Assembly (NCBI RefSeq): GCF_963921235.1
Contig: NC_086108.1
Span: forward strand, 115,074,001 to 115,138,000
Source: Mobula hypostoma
Taxonomy: Eukaryota
Length of the DNA stretch: 64,000 bases
Direction of reading: 5' to 3'
Shown: positions 1-12,969 of the stretch, piece by piece
Layout: each line of letters starts with the position of its first letter
Position numbering within the stretch: position 1 is the stretch's first letter
Made by a program: the position numbers and the translations under genes
Notes under the pieces: model-generated
Database searches by the model: none
The model's input: the letters and a program-made list of their open reading frames with translations, nothing else
What the model was told of the DNA's origin: nothing

Positions 1-424
1 AAGTCAGAGTCCAGACCTCAATCCAATTGAAAATTTGTGGCTGGACTTGAAAAGGGCTGTTGACACATGATCCCCATGCAATCTGACAGAGTTTATGCAG
101 TTTTGTAAAGAAGAATGGGGAAAAATTGTAGAGTACAGATGTGCAAAGCTGATAGAGATCTATCCAAACAGACTCCAGGCTGTAATTGCTGCCAAAGGTG
201 CATCTACTAAATACTGACTCGAAGGGGTTGATAATTATGCAATCAATTATTTTGTGATTTATATTTGTAATCAATGTAGATCAATTTAGAGATCTGTTTT
301 CAATTTCACATGAAAAGTCTTTTTCTGTTGATTTGTGTCAAAAAAGACAAATTAAATCCACTGTGATTCAATGTGGCAGAAGATGAAAACTCCTGGGGGG
401 GGGGAGTACTATTTACGGGCAGTG
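1..424 (+). mobile_element. Tc1/mariner transposon, 3' part (decayed transposase C-terminus and right end)
   Basis: Reads SQSPDLNPIENLW at the window start, then ...RLQAVIAAKGASTKY* (stop at about 217) after a frameshift. Ends in a Tc1-like terminus GGGCAGTG followed by TA at 425-426. Confidence 0.85.
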
Positions 425-529
425 TATATGGTGATGTATAAGGGAGGGCTGTCTGGGGGCACATCAGTATGATGGGAGGTAACGAGGTGCGAAGATGCGT
501 GAGGAGCATGAACCACTGGGTCCCCTCAC

Positions 530-727
530 CTGGTCGACATCATGGTAGTTCTCGATGTTGCCACTGGCGGTGTGACACTTGCCATCGTTGAAATCCCAGG
601 AGGAGTAGGGCACTCCCGGGAAATCCTCAGCCCCAGCATTGAAGTACGTTCCGCAGGCTGAGTGCCTGCCAGCTCCCCCTGCCGCCCCGCACATGTGGTT
701 GATCACCACATCGGGATAGATCCGCAC
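530..727 (-). CDS. AMY: Alpha-amylase (GH13, pancreatic/salivary type), coding exon 3
   Basis: 198 bp, AG acceptor 729-728, GTGAG donor at 529. Encodes [14 protein letters not shown]...[17 protein letters not shown]...[11 protein letters not shown], including conserved region I (DxVINH). Phase 0 at both ends. The gene continues beyond the left edge. Confidence 0.96.
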
Positions 728-834
728 CTGAGCACAAACAGATCGGTAGCCATGTTAGTATAGTGTATCTCCACCACAACAGGTTACTTCCACTCTCTGC
801 AAGTCCAATAACTGTCTGTGTCTGTCTGGTGGCT

Positions 835-1402
835 AACTACTGCACAGTTCTGGTCCTCCCATTACAGGAAGGGTGTGGGGCTTTGGAGAGGGTACAGAAA
901 AGGTTCACCATAACACTGTCTGGACCAGAGTGCATGTGCTACAGTGAGAAACTCAGTAGGCCAGGCAGCATCGAGGAAGAGAATACAGTTGGGCCTTTAT
1001 TCTTTGGAACGTAGAAGGTTGAGGGGGGACTTGATAGAGGTATTTAAAATTATGACGGGGATAGATAGAGTTGACATGGATAGGCTTTTTCCATTGAGAG
1101 TGGGGAAATTCAAACAAGAGGACATGAGTTGAGAGTTAAGGGGCAAAAGTTTAGGGCTAACATGAGGGGGAGCTTCTTTACTCAGAGAGTGGTAGCTGTG
1201 TGGAACGAGCCTCCAGCAGAAGTGGCCGAGGCAGGTTCAATGTTGTCGTTTAAAGTTAAATTGGATAGCTCTATGGACAGGAAAGGAATGGAGGGTTATG
1301 GGCTGAGTGCAGGTCGGTGGGACTAGGTGAGAGTAAGAGTTCGGCACGGACTAGAAGGGCCAAGGTGGCCTGTTTCCGTGCTGTAATTGTTATATGGTTA
1401 TA
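835..1402 (+). mobile_element. CR1 LINE 3' fragments
   Basis: ALERVQKRFT, LGLYSLERRRLRGDLIEVFKIM and FFTQRVVAVWN motifs, followed by a CR1-type tail. Confidence 0.85.
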
Positions 1403-1699
1403 GTCAACATAGGTGCTGCCTGGCCTGCTGAGTTCCTCCAGCATTTTGTGTGTGTTGCTCGGATTTCCAGCATCTGCAGATTTTCTCTTGTTTATGCAAT
1501 GACAGGTTGGATAAACTCAAGTTGTTTTCTCTGGAGCGGGGAGCCTGAGGGGAGATCTGATGGAGATTTATAAGATTAAGAGAGCCATAGACAGACAGAC
1601 GGTGAGAATCTTGGTTCTGTGGTAGAAATATACAATACCATGTCAGTCTGCACTGTGTCAGTCCCCACAGGGTGTGCAACATCAGTCTGCAGTAGGATT

Positions 1700-2160
1700 A
1701 CCGCTGGGAGCACTGCGTCTGCCTACACTGGGTGCACTGTAATAACCCACGACAGGAGCACTGCGTCTGCCTACACTGGGTGCACTGTAATAACCCACGA
1801 CAGGAACACTGCATCTGCCTACACTGGGTGCACTGTAACGACCTAGGCCGGGAGCACTGCGTCGGTCTACATTGGGTGCACCTCAATGACCCACGCTGGG
1901 AGCATTGCGTCGGTCTACACTGGGAGAACCATATCAGTCTACATTGAATTAAACTGTGTCAGTCTACACTGGGAGAACCTGTCAGTCTACACTCGATTAA
2001 ACCGTGACGGTCTACACTGGGAGAACCATATCAGTCTACACTGGATTAAGCCGTGTCAGTCTACACTGGATTAAGCCGTCTCAGTCTACACTGGATTAAG
2101 CCGTCTCAGTCTACACTGGATTAAACCGTGTCAGTCTACACTGGGAGAACCGTGTCAGTC
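1700..2160. repeat. Compound minisatellite: 48-bp units grading into 25-bp units, shared core CTACACTGG
   Basis: GAGCACTGCG recurs at 1708 and 1756. Later units of TCAGTCTACACTGGATTAAGCCG recur every 25 bp. Confidence 0.85.
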
Positions 2161-2404
2161 TGCATTAGGAGCTGTAGATGCTGGAAACGCTGGAAACGGA
2201 GCAGGTCAGACAGCATCTGTGGAGAGAATCGGTTCACAGCTCAAGTCTGTGATCTCTGTTGGAGCCATTCCAGCATTTTCTGAGTCTGCACAGATCTACT
2301 TGAGACTGGGATATTTCCCTCTCTTCACAGTGCCCATCAATCCTATCCTGTGGAGTGAGATTTCCAGGGATTTCTTCAGGGACCAATGGCAGAGCCGGCG
2401 GTTA

Positions 2405-2713
<309 letters not shown>

Positions 2714-3054
2714 CTACATCCCTCCCTTTGCATTGCAATTAATCAAAATATAAGCTCTGGAAATCTATCAGAGATAATACCAGTCCAAAACCAAGCCTTA
2801 GGCTAGTTGTCAATTTTGGCCAGGTTTACATACAGGTTACAAAACAAAGTCAGCCAGTAGCATCACCAACAACAGCACATCCCTTCCCAATGAACCTAAC
2901 ACACTGATTAGCCTGAGACTGGAATGTCACCACCCAGGCTTCTGAACCCACACTGACCGCCATGGACACAAGATCGGTTTTCCAGTGAGTGAACCTGCGG
3001 AGAGCGTCTGACCCGAATGGTGTTGCCTGGTAATTACTCCAAGGTCACGCAGTA

Positions 3055-5410
3055 ACTGAAATGAATTGACTTTATTTCTTACATCCTTCACATACATGAG
3101 GAGTAAAAATCTTTACGTTATGTTTCCATTTAAATGTGCAATGTGCAATCATAGTAATTTATAAATAATAGAAAGGTCAATGTAATATAGAATACATTCA
3201 AATCAGCGTGAATTAATCAGTCTGATGGCCTGGTGGAAGAAGCTGGCCTGGAGCCTGTTAGTCCTGGCTTTTATGCTGCGGTACCATTTCCCGGATGGTA
3301 GCAGCTGGAACAGTTTGTGGTTGGGGTGACTCAGGTCCCCAATAATCCTTCGGGCCCTTTTTACACACCTGTCACTGTAAATGTCCTGAATCATGGGAAG
3401 TTCGCAACTACAGATGCACTGGGCTGTCTGCACCACTCTCTGCAGAGTCCTGTGATTAAGGGAGGTACAGTTCCCATACCAGGCAGTGATGCAGCCAGTC
3501 AGGATGCTCTCAATTGTGTCGCTGTAGAAAGTTCTTGGGATTTGGGGGCCCATACCAAACTTCCTCAACTGTCTGAGGAAGGTTCCATGAAACCTTCTAA
3601 CGGAGGCCGGTGACCAGTGGTGTGCCTCAGGGATCTGTTCCAGGACCCTTACTCTTCGTGATTTTTATAAATGACCTGGATGAAGTGGAGGGATGGGTTA
3701 GTAAATTTGCTGATGACACAAAGGTTGGAGGTGTTGTGGATAGTGTGGAAGGCTGTCAGAGGTTACAACTGGACATTGATAGGATGCAAAACTAGGCTGA
3801 GAAGTGGCAGATGGAGTTCAACTCAGATAAGTGTGAGGTAGTTCATTCTGGTAGGTCAAATATGATGGCAGAATGTAGTATTAATGGTAAGACTCTTGGC
3901 AGTGTGAAGGATCAGAGGGTTCTTGGGGTCCGAGTCCATAGGACGCTCAAAGCTGCTTTGCAGGTTGACTCTGTGGTTAAGAAGGCATACAGTGAATTGG
4001 CCTTCAGCAATTGTGGAATTGAATTTAGGAGCCGAGAGGTAATGTTGCAGCTATATAGGACCCTGGTCAGACCCCACTTGGAGTACTGTGCTCAGTTCTG
4101 GTCGCCTCACTACAGGAAGGACGTGGAAACCATAGAAAGGGTGCAGAGGAGATTTACAAGGACGTTGCCTGGATTGGGGAGCATGTCTTATGAGAATATG
4201 TTGAGTGAACTCAGCCTTTTTTCCTTGGAGTGACGGAGGGTGAGAGGTGACCTGATAGAGGTGTACAAGATAATGAGAGGCATTGATCGTGTGGATAGTC
4301 AGAGGCTTTTTCCCAGGGCTGAAATGGCTAGCATGAGAAGGCATAGTTTTAAGGTGCTTGTAAGCAGATACAGAGATGTCAGGGGTAAGTTTTTTACACA
4401 GAGAGTGGTGAGTGTGTGGAATGGGCTGCCAGTGACGGTGGTGGAGGCGGATACGATAGGGTCTTTTAAGAGACTCCTGGACAGGTACATGGAGCTCAGA
4501 AAAATAGAGGACTATGGGTAAGCCTAGGTAGTTCTAAGGAAGAGACATGTTTGGCGCAGCTTTGTGGGCTGAAGGGCCTGTATTGTACTATATGTTTTCT
4601 ATGCTTCTTTGTTTCTAAAGAGGCGCTGTTGTGCCTTTATCACCACACAGCTGGTGTGTACAGACCACATGAGATCCTCGGTGATGTGGATACCAAGGAA
4701 CTTAAAGCTGTTCACCCGCTCAACCCCAGACCCACTGATGTCAATAGGGACTAGCCCGTCTCCATTCCTCCTGTCATCCACAACCAGCTCCTTTGTTTTT
4801 GCGACATTGAGGGAGAGGTTGTTTTCTTGATACCACTGTGTCAAAGAGATGACTTCTTCCCTGTAGGTCACCTCATTATTATTTGAGATGAGGCCAATCA
4901 ATGTAGTGTCATCGGCAAATTTAATTAGCAGATTGGAGCTGTGGGTGGTGATACAGTCATGGGTATACAGGGAGTAAAGGAGGGGACTCAGTACTCAGCC
5001 CTGAGGGGCTCCTGTGTTGAGAGTCAGAGGGGTGGAGGTGAGGGAGCCCACTCTTACAACCAGCCGGCAATCTGACAGGAAACCCAGGATCCAGCTACAC
5101 AAGGCAGGGTGAAAGCCGAGGTCTCTGAGCTTCTTGTCGAGCCTGGATGGAATTATGGTGTTGAGTGCTGAACTGTAGTCCAAGAACAGCATTCTCACAT
5201 AAGCATCCCTCTTCTCCAGATGTGCAAGAACAGTGTGTAGAGCAGTGGCTATTGTGTCATCTGTCGATCAGTTGTGTCGGTAGGTGAATTGTAGGGGCCC
5301 ACTGTGGGTGGTAGCAAGCTGCAGGTAGAATCCTTGACCAGCCTCTCAAAGCATTTGCTGATTACTGAGGTGAGTGTGACAGGACGCCAGTCGTTCAGAC
5401 ATGTTACCTC
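3055..5410 (-). mobile_element. Rex1/Babar-like LINE, 5'-truncated and split by a CR1 insertion
   Basis: RT motifs CLNDWRPVTLTSVISKCFERLV, RMLFLDYSSALNTIIP, GAPQG and KFADD. C-terminal ESILTGCITAWYG...SFFHQAIRLIN lies on the far side of the CR1. Confidence 0.8.
3590..4616 (+). mobile_element. CR1 LINE, 5'-truncated, nested in the Rex1-like element
   Basis: [31 protein letters not shown] and RGDLIEVYKIM motifs with in-frame stops. TTCT-type tail. Confidence 0.9.
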
Positions 5411-5724
5411 GGTCTGAAATGCTCCTGTGCACATAAGCTGTTGTTGCCAAACAACTATTCATTCTAAGTGTTCATACTCTGAATATTTGAAAAAAATAAT
5501 TTAAAGAGCTGTCCATTTTTCAGGCCATGTAAAAATTTCCTCCTGAGAGCAATGGTTGGTCCATGCAGCAGTAAAAAAAAATTAGAGGGAACGCTGCTGG
5601 TCATACCTTAGATCCTGTTCGGATCAGATGTGTGTGGGGGGGGGGGTGGTATTTGCAGCCATTCTTAACCTTTCCCTGCTTCAGGCTGAGGTTCCCACTT
5701 GATTTAGGAAGACCACTTTTACTC

Positions 5725-8700
5725 AAATGAAACAAGGTCATGTGCCTGAAGGACCACTGTCTGGTGGCTCTGACATCGAAAATCAGCAAGTGCTTTGAGA
5801 GGCTGGTCAGGGCATGCATCATCTCCAGCCTCACCCACCACCGAAACTGCTCTATGCCAGATGCCATCTCCCTGGCTCTACACTCATCTCAAGAACATCT
5901 GGACAGTAAAGTCACTGGCACCAGACTATTGTTTATTGACTACAACCCCACATTCAATGCTATAATCCCAAGCAAACACCTAGACCTGGGACTCTGCAAC
6001 TGGATCCTTGACTTCCTGACCAACAAACTGTACCCTGCAAGGACAGGCAGAAACACCTCCACCACGATTATTTTAAACACAGTGTTGTGTCCTCAGCCCC
6101 CACTCTACTTCCTGTACACTCACGACTGTGTCCTCAACTGCCACTCTACTCCCTGTACACTCACGACAGTGTCCTCAACACCCCCACTCTACTCCTGTAC
6201 ACTCACGACTGTGTCCTCAACCCCCACTCTACTCCCTGTACACTCACGACTGTGTCCTCAACCCCCACTCTACTCCCTGTACACTCACGACTATGTCCTC
6301 AACCCCCACTCTACTCCCTGTACACTCACGACTGTGTCCTCAACCTCCACTCTACTCCCTGTACACTCACGACTATGTCCTCAACCCCCACTCTACTCCC
6401 TGTACACTCACGACTGTGTCCTCAACCCCCACTCTACTCCCTGTACACTCACGACTGTGTCCTCAACCCCCACTCTACTCCCTGTACACTCACGACTGTG
6501 TCCTCACACCCCCACTCTACTCCCTGTACACTCACGACTGTGTCCTCCACCCCCACTCTACTCCCTGTACACTCACGACAGTGTCCTCAACACCCCCACT
6601 CTACTCCCTGTACACTCACGACTGTGTCCTCAACCCCCACTCTACTCCCTGTACACTCATGACTGTGTCCTCAACCCCCACTCTACTCCCTGTACACTCA
6701 CGACTGTGTCCTCAATCCCCACTCTACTCCCTGTACACTCACGACTGTGTCCTCAACCCCCACTCTACTCCTTGTACACTCACGACTGTGTCCTCCACCC
6801 CCACTCTACTCCCTGTACACTCACGACTGTGTCCTCAACCTCCACTCTACTCCCTGTACACTCACGATTGTGTCCTCAACCCCCACTCTACTCCCTGTAC
6901 ACTCACGACTGTGTCCTCAACCCCCACTCTACTCCCTGTACACTCACGACTGTGTCCTCCACCCCCACTCTACTCCCTGTACACTCATGACTGTGTCCTC
7001 CACCCCCACTCTACTCCTTGTACACTCACGACTGTGTCCTCCACCCCCACTCGACTCCCTGTACACTCACGACAGTGTCCTCAACCCCCACTCTATTCCC
7101 TGTACACTCACGACAGTGTACTCAACCCCCACTCTACTTCCTGTACACTCACGACTGTGTCCTCAACACCCTCGCTACTCCCTGTACACTCACGACTGTG
7201 TCCTCAATCCCCACTCTACTTCCTGTACACTCACGACTGTGTCCTCAACCCCCACTCTACTCCCTGTACACTCACGACTGTATCCTCAACCCCCACTCTA
7301 CTCCCTGTACATTCACGACAGTGTCCTCAACCTCCACTCTACTCACTGTACACTCACGATTGTGTCCTCAACCCCCACTCTACTCCCTGTACACTCACGA
7401 CTGTGTCCTCAACCCCCACTCTACTCCCTGTACACTCACGACTGTGTCCTCCACCCCCACTCTACTCCCTGTACACTCACGACTGTGTCCTCAACCCCCA
7501 CTCTACTCCCTGTACACTCACGACTGTGTTCTCAGCCCCCACTCTACTCCCTGTACACTCACGACTGTGTCCTCCACCCCCACTCTACTCCCTGTACACT
7601 CACGACTGTGTCCTCAACCCCCACTCTACTCCCTGTACACTCACGACTGTGTCCTCAACACCCCCACTGGACTCCCTGTACACTCACGACAGTGTCCTCA
7701 ACCCCCACTCTATTCCCTGTACACTCACGACAGTGTCCTCAACCCCCACTCTACTCCCTGTACACTCACGACTGTGTCCTCAACCCCCACTCTACTCCCT
7801 GTACACTCACGACTGTGTCCTCCACCCCCACTCTACTCCCTGTACACTCACGACTGTGTCCTCAACCTCCACTCTACTCCCTGTACACTCAGGACTGTGT
7901 CCTCAACCCCCACTCTACTCCCTGTACACTCAGGACTGTGTCCTCAACCCCCACTCTACTCCCTGTACACTCACGACTGTGTCCTCCACCCCCACTCTAC
8001 TCCCTGTATACTCACGACTGTGTCCTCAACCCCCACTCTACTCCCTGTACACTCACGACTGTGTTCTCAGCCCCCACTCTACTCCCTGTACACTCACGAC
8101 TGTGTCCTCCACCCCCACTCTACTCCCTGTACACTCACGACTGTGTCCTCAACCCCCACTCTACTCCCTGTACACTCACGACTGTGTCCTCAACACCCCC
8201 ACTCGACTCCCTGTACACTCACAACAGTGTCCTCAACCCCCACTCTATTCCCTGTACACTCACGACAGTGTCCTCAACCCCCACTCTACTCCCTGTACAC
8301 TCACGACTGTGTCCTCAACCCCCACTCTACTCCCTGTACACTCACGACTGTGTCCTCCACCCCCACTCTACTCCCTGTACACTCACGACTGTGTCCTCAA
8401 CCCCCACTCTACTCCCTGTACACTCACGACTGTGTCCTCAACCCCCACTCTACTCCCTGTACACTCACGACAGTGTCCTCAACCTCCACTCTACTCCCTG
8501 TACACTCACGACTGTGTCCTCAATCTCCCACTCTACTCCCTGTACACTCACGACAGTGTCCTCAATCCCCACTCTACTCCCTGTACACTCACGATAGTGT
8601 CCTCAACCTCCACTCTACTCCCTGTACACTCACGACAGTGTCCTCAATCACCACTCTACTCCCTGTACACTCACGACTGTGTCCTCCACCCCCACTCTAC

Positions 8701-9800
8701 TCCCTGTACACTCACGACTGTGTCCTCAACCCCCACTCTACTCCCTGTACACTCACGACTGTGTCCTCAATCCCCACTCTACTCCCTGTACACTCACGAC
8801 TGTGTCCTCAATCCCCACTCTATTCCCTGTACACTCACGACTGTGTCCTCAATCTCCCACTCTATTCCCTGTACACTCACGACTGTGTCCTCAATCCCCA
8901 CTCTATTCCCTGTACACTCACGACTGTGTTCTCAATCCCCACTCTACTCCCTGTACACTCACGACAGTGTCCTCAATCCCCACTCTACTCCCTGTACACT
9001 CACGACAGTGTCCTCAATCCCCACTCTACTCCCTGTACACTCACGACTGTGTCCTCAACCTCCACTCTACTCCCTGTACACTCACGACTGTGTCCTCAAC
9101 CCCCACTCTACTCCCTGTACACTCACGACTGTGTCCTCAACCTCCACTCTACTCCCTGTACACTCACGACTGTGTCCTCAACCTCCACTCTACTCCCTGT
9201 ACACTCACGACTGTGTCCTCAATCCCCACTCTACTCCCTGTACACTCACGACTGTGTCCTCAATCCCCACTCTACTCCCTGTGCACTCACGACTGTGTCC
9301 TCAACCCCCATTCTACTCCCTGTACACTCACGACAGTGTCCTCAACCTCCACTCTACTCCCTGTACACTCACGACTGTGTCCTCAACCCCCACTCTACTC
9401 CCTGTACACTCACGACTGTGTCCTCAACCCCCATTCTACTCCCTGTACACTCACGACTCTCTCCTCAACCCCCACTCTACTCCCTGTACACTCACCACTG
9501 TGTCAACACCCCCACTCTACTCCCTGTACACTCACAACTGTGTCCTCAACACCCCCACTCTACTCCCTGTGCACTCACGACTGTGTCCTCAACCTCCACT
9601 CTACTCCCTGTACACTCACGACTGTGTCCTCAACCCCCACTCTACTCCCTGTACACTCACGACTGTGGCCAGATTCTGCTCTAACGCTGTCTAGAAGTTT
9701 GCAGACCATAGTGGGCTGTATCTGAATTGACGATGAGTCGGTGTAGTGGAAGGAGATGGAGAGCACAGTGACATGGTGTCATGACAATAATGTTTCCCTC
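5725..9800 (+). mobile_element. Rex1-like LINE RT fragment carrying an internal tandem expansion
   Basis: VALTSKISKCFERLV, RLLFIDY and LCNWILDFLTN precede the array. The element resumes after 9667 (AAGTTTGCAGA = KFAD). Confidence 0.75.
6086..9667. repeat. 41-bp minisatellite, roughly 87 copies
   Basis: Unit GTGTCCTCAACCCCCACTCTACTCCCTGTACACTCACGACT (e.g. 6211 then 6252). Confidence 0.98.
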
Positions 9801-11044
9801 GGACTGAAGCAGGGAGAGTTTAAAAACATTTGGAAGTACCAAGTACCCCTGCCTGCTGATCCGCGCAGGATCCGAGGACTCGAATAAGACGCTCTAATGG
9901 AACTGAAGTGCGCGAACACCCCTCGGGATCAGCGTGCATACATACGCCAGCAAAAGAGCATCCTGTAATGCAGAGAATGTGTGCACCGGGCACAGCATCT
10001 TCAAAAGCAAGACTCGATTGTTTCTTGTCATTCTTCAGTACACGAAGTGTAAAGAAGAACAAAACGCTCGTTACTCTGTACGAGCTCTGAACGTTGACAC
10101 TTTGTTCATTTCCGTAGATGCTGCCTGAGCTGCTGGTTCTTCCAGCATTTTGTGCGAGTCACTGTGGAATTCTAACACCTGCAGAATCTCTTGTGTTTAC
10201 AATAAATGTAAATATAAAACCAATCCTATAAAACACAAAATGGACAAATAAGTGTCACGATAAGACCAGAAGACATAGCAGCAGAATTAGGCCATTCAGC
10301 CCACCAAGTCTTTGCCATTCCCTCATGGCTGATTAATTATCCCTTTCAACCCTCTTCTCCTATATTCTCCCTTTGACATCCTTAGTAACCTGGAACCCAT
10401 TCATCTCCACTTTCTGAGACTTGGCCTCCACAACCAACTGTGGCAACAAATTCCACAGATTCACCACTCTCTGGCTAAAGAAATTCCCCCTCATCTCTGT
10501 TCTAAAGGAAATCCCTGTTTTCTGAAGCGCTGTCCCCCTGTCCTAGACTCTCCACATCCGCTCTATCTACAAGACCTATCTATGCTCATAGCACCATCCA
10601 GCACCAGCTCTCATGGCTTCGCGTGACCTTGATCAGGGGCTAGGCAGGTGCTACACCCTGCCCAAAGGGTGACCTGCGGGCTAAGGGAGGGAAAGAGCAC
10701 CTTACACCTCCTTTGGTAGAGACGTATCTCCTCCCTGCCACCCAGAATATACACATTTTGGCTGTATATACAAAAGATTAGCTTGTGTACTGTACATAGA
10801 TGTACGTAAGTTGAGGCTTTAGGACTATGACTGTGTCAGTGTGGTTATGAGGTGTGGAATACAAGCACTAAGTGGCAGTGCATGGGGATTTGTGTCGGTG
10901 AGGGTGGGTGGTATGGGCCAAATTGACTGTTCCCATGACGATTAATTCTATGAGTTTACCGAGAATTCCCAAGCCAGGGCACGGTTTGTTACCCCGGGAA
11001 GAACAATCAGACTGACTGTGCCTGGACGGATAGTCGGCACCCAC

Positions 11045-11212
11045 CTGAACTCCGCCAAACCCGTGGGGAGCCAAGTACCGCTCGCACTCAGCAGCGATGT
11101 CAGCCCAGCGCCACTCGAATAAGTGCACGATGGAAGTCCGGCCCGGTTCAGTGTGGGGGTCGTACTGGGCGAAACATCCACACAGGAAGATCAGCAGAAA
11201 CGGAGCCCACAT
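11045..11212 (-). CDS. AMY: Alpha-amylase, coding exon 1 (signal peptide and mature N-terminus)
   Basis: 168 bp from ATG at 11212: [56 protein letters not shown], then donor GTGGGT at 11044. Contains the FEW motif of animal amylases. Confidence 0.97.
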
Positions 11213-11247
11213 CTTGCACTCGGTTCCTGTCCAGTGACCAGCTTCCC

Positions 11248-11255
11248 TATTTAAA
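11248..11255 (-). promoter_or_regulatory. Probable TATA-like box of the amylase gene
   Basis: TTTAAATA on the minus strand, about 36 bp upstream of the ATG. Confidence 0.6.
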
Positions 11256-11493
11256 CCGAGCTGCTGTTTGCACAGGCAGTAAACGTGGACGGAATTCACC
11301 AGGTGAGCAAACGTCCACGATAAGTTGCGATGGGCTAGAACAACAGCAGGCACGGTGCCAGTGAGTGCTGACATTGAGAGAGAGCCACTGGTCAATCAAT
11401 AATGCCTCGGCAAACACTCACTTCGTGCTCCAGACTCACATCTCCATCACAAACATACAATCGGGGGCCTTTTGCCAACCTCCATAACCCACC

Positions 11494-11676
11494 GGGGTGT
11501 AAGTGGTAGCACCTCTGGTGAAGGGGCTTGCCGTGTCCGTTCTGGGGCATCTCACTTACCCTTGGGCCCCACTCGATGCTCAGCTCTCACCTGTGGCTCC
11601 AAGTAGCTGTCTGCATGTGACAGCGGCCACACGCGGGTACACCGCTTCAACAGCCGGGCTAAACCAGACCAGGGTA
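11494..11676 (+). mobile_element. Partial, decayed copy of the ribozyme-headed element at 16831
   Basis: Shares the GGGGTGT start, CTCAGCTCTCACCTGTGGCTCC, GACAGCGGCCACAC and GGCTAAACCAG with 16831-17015. Confidence 0.8.
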
Positions 11677-12079
11677 GATAGATCGAGAGATAGATATCCA
11701 GACACGTCGATACTTTATTGATCCCAAAGGAAATTACAGTGTCACAGCAGCACTGCAAGTGTACAGATATAAATTAAAAAATTACCTCAAACAGTCCAAC
11801 AGGAGGGGGTCGTCACTTCCCCGGCTATAGGTTGACTCATTATAGAGCCTAATGGCCGAGGGTAACAACGACCTCACATCACGTTCTTTGGACAGCGCAG
11901 TTGTCTATTACTAGAAGTAATCCTCTGTTCAGCCAATGTGGCATGCAGAGGGTGAGAGAATTGCCGGGATTTTCCGTAAGATCCTTTGTTCTACCACAGC
12001 CTCCAGCGTGTCCAGTTTGACTGCTATAACAGTGCCAACCTTTCTCATCAGTTTATTGGGCCCGTTGGCACCACCCGTT

Positions 12080-12635
12080 AGGAGCTTGAGGAGTTTTGGT
12101 TTGTCATCTAAACCACTCAAAAATTTCTACAGATGTACTGTGGAGAGCGTTCTGACAGGCTGCATCACTGTCTGGTGTGGGGGGTGGGGAAAGACCGAAA
12201 GAAGCTACAGAAAGTTGTAAAACTAGTCAACTCTGTCTCGGGTACTAACATCCATCGTACTGAAGATAACTTCAAGGTGCACTGCCTCAGAAAGGCAGCG
12301 TCCATTGAGGACCCCCATCACCCAGGACATGCTCTCTTCTCACTGTTGCCGTCAAGAGGGAGGTACAGGAGCCTGAAAGCACACACTCAGCTATTCCGGA
12401 ACAACTTCTTCCCCCCGACATCCGATTCATAAATGGACTTTGAACCCATGAACTCGACCTCACTTTTTAAAAATTATTTTTGTTCTTACACTGTTTTTAA
12501 TTTAACTATTTAATACATGTATATATTCTTACTGTAATTGACTTATTTATTTTCTATATTATCGTGTGTTGCATTGCGCTGCAGCTGCTAGGTTAACATG
12601 TTTCAGTGATATTAAAACCTGATTGTGATTCTGAA
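12080..12635 (+). mobile_element. Rex1-like LINE 3' end
   Basis: FYRCTVESVLTGCITVW, DPHHPGHALFSLLPS and FRNNFFP motifs. Ends GATTGTGATTCTGA. Confidence 0.8.
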
Positions 12636-12969
12636 ACTGTGAAATTCATTACCACAGAGGCTGTGCAGGCCAAATCTCTGCAGAGGTTGATAGGTTCTTG
12701 AATAATTAGGCTTCACGGTTTACAGGGAGGCGGTGGGGAATGGAGATGAGAATGACAATAAATCGGCCATGATGGAATGACGGAACAAAACTTGACGGGA
12801 TGAATGGCCTAATTCGCTCCTATGTCTTATGGAGGGACTGAATTGCGCACCCAGCCTCGGGGTGACAGGACTATGCCGTGCACAGCACAGAAAGAGGCCT
12901 TTCTGCCAATTGCGTCTATGTTGATCATTGTAGCTACCTACATCTGCCTGCATTAATTCCATCTCCCTC

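Noticed and set aside
5740..9725. ORFs of up to 1188 aa resembling a mucin or repeat protein
   Set aside because: They are produced by a stop-free 41-bp repeat open in all three frames, antisense within amylase intron 1 and derived from a LINE.
9800..10085. CpG-containing unique stretch in amylase intron 1
   Set aside because: No structure, repeat or coding signal that I could support.
10868..11395. 175-aa ORF read as a longer amylase N-terminus
   Set aside because: The start is most likely ATG 11212 (signal peptide, upstream TATA-like box), and similarity ends at the donor at 11044.
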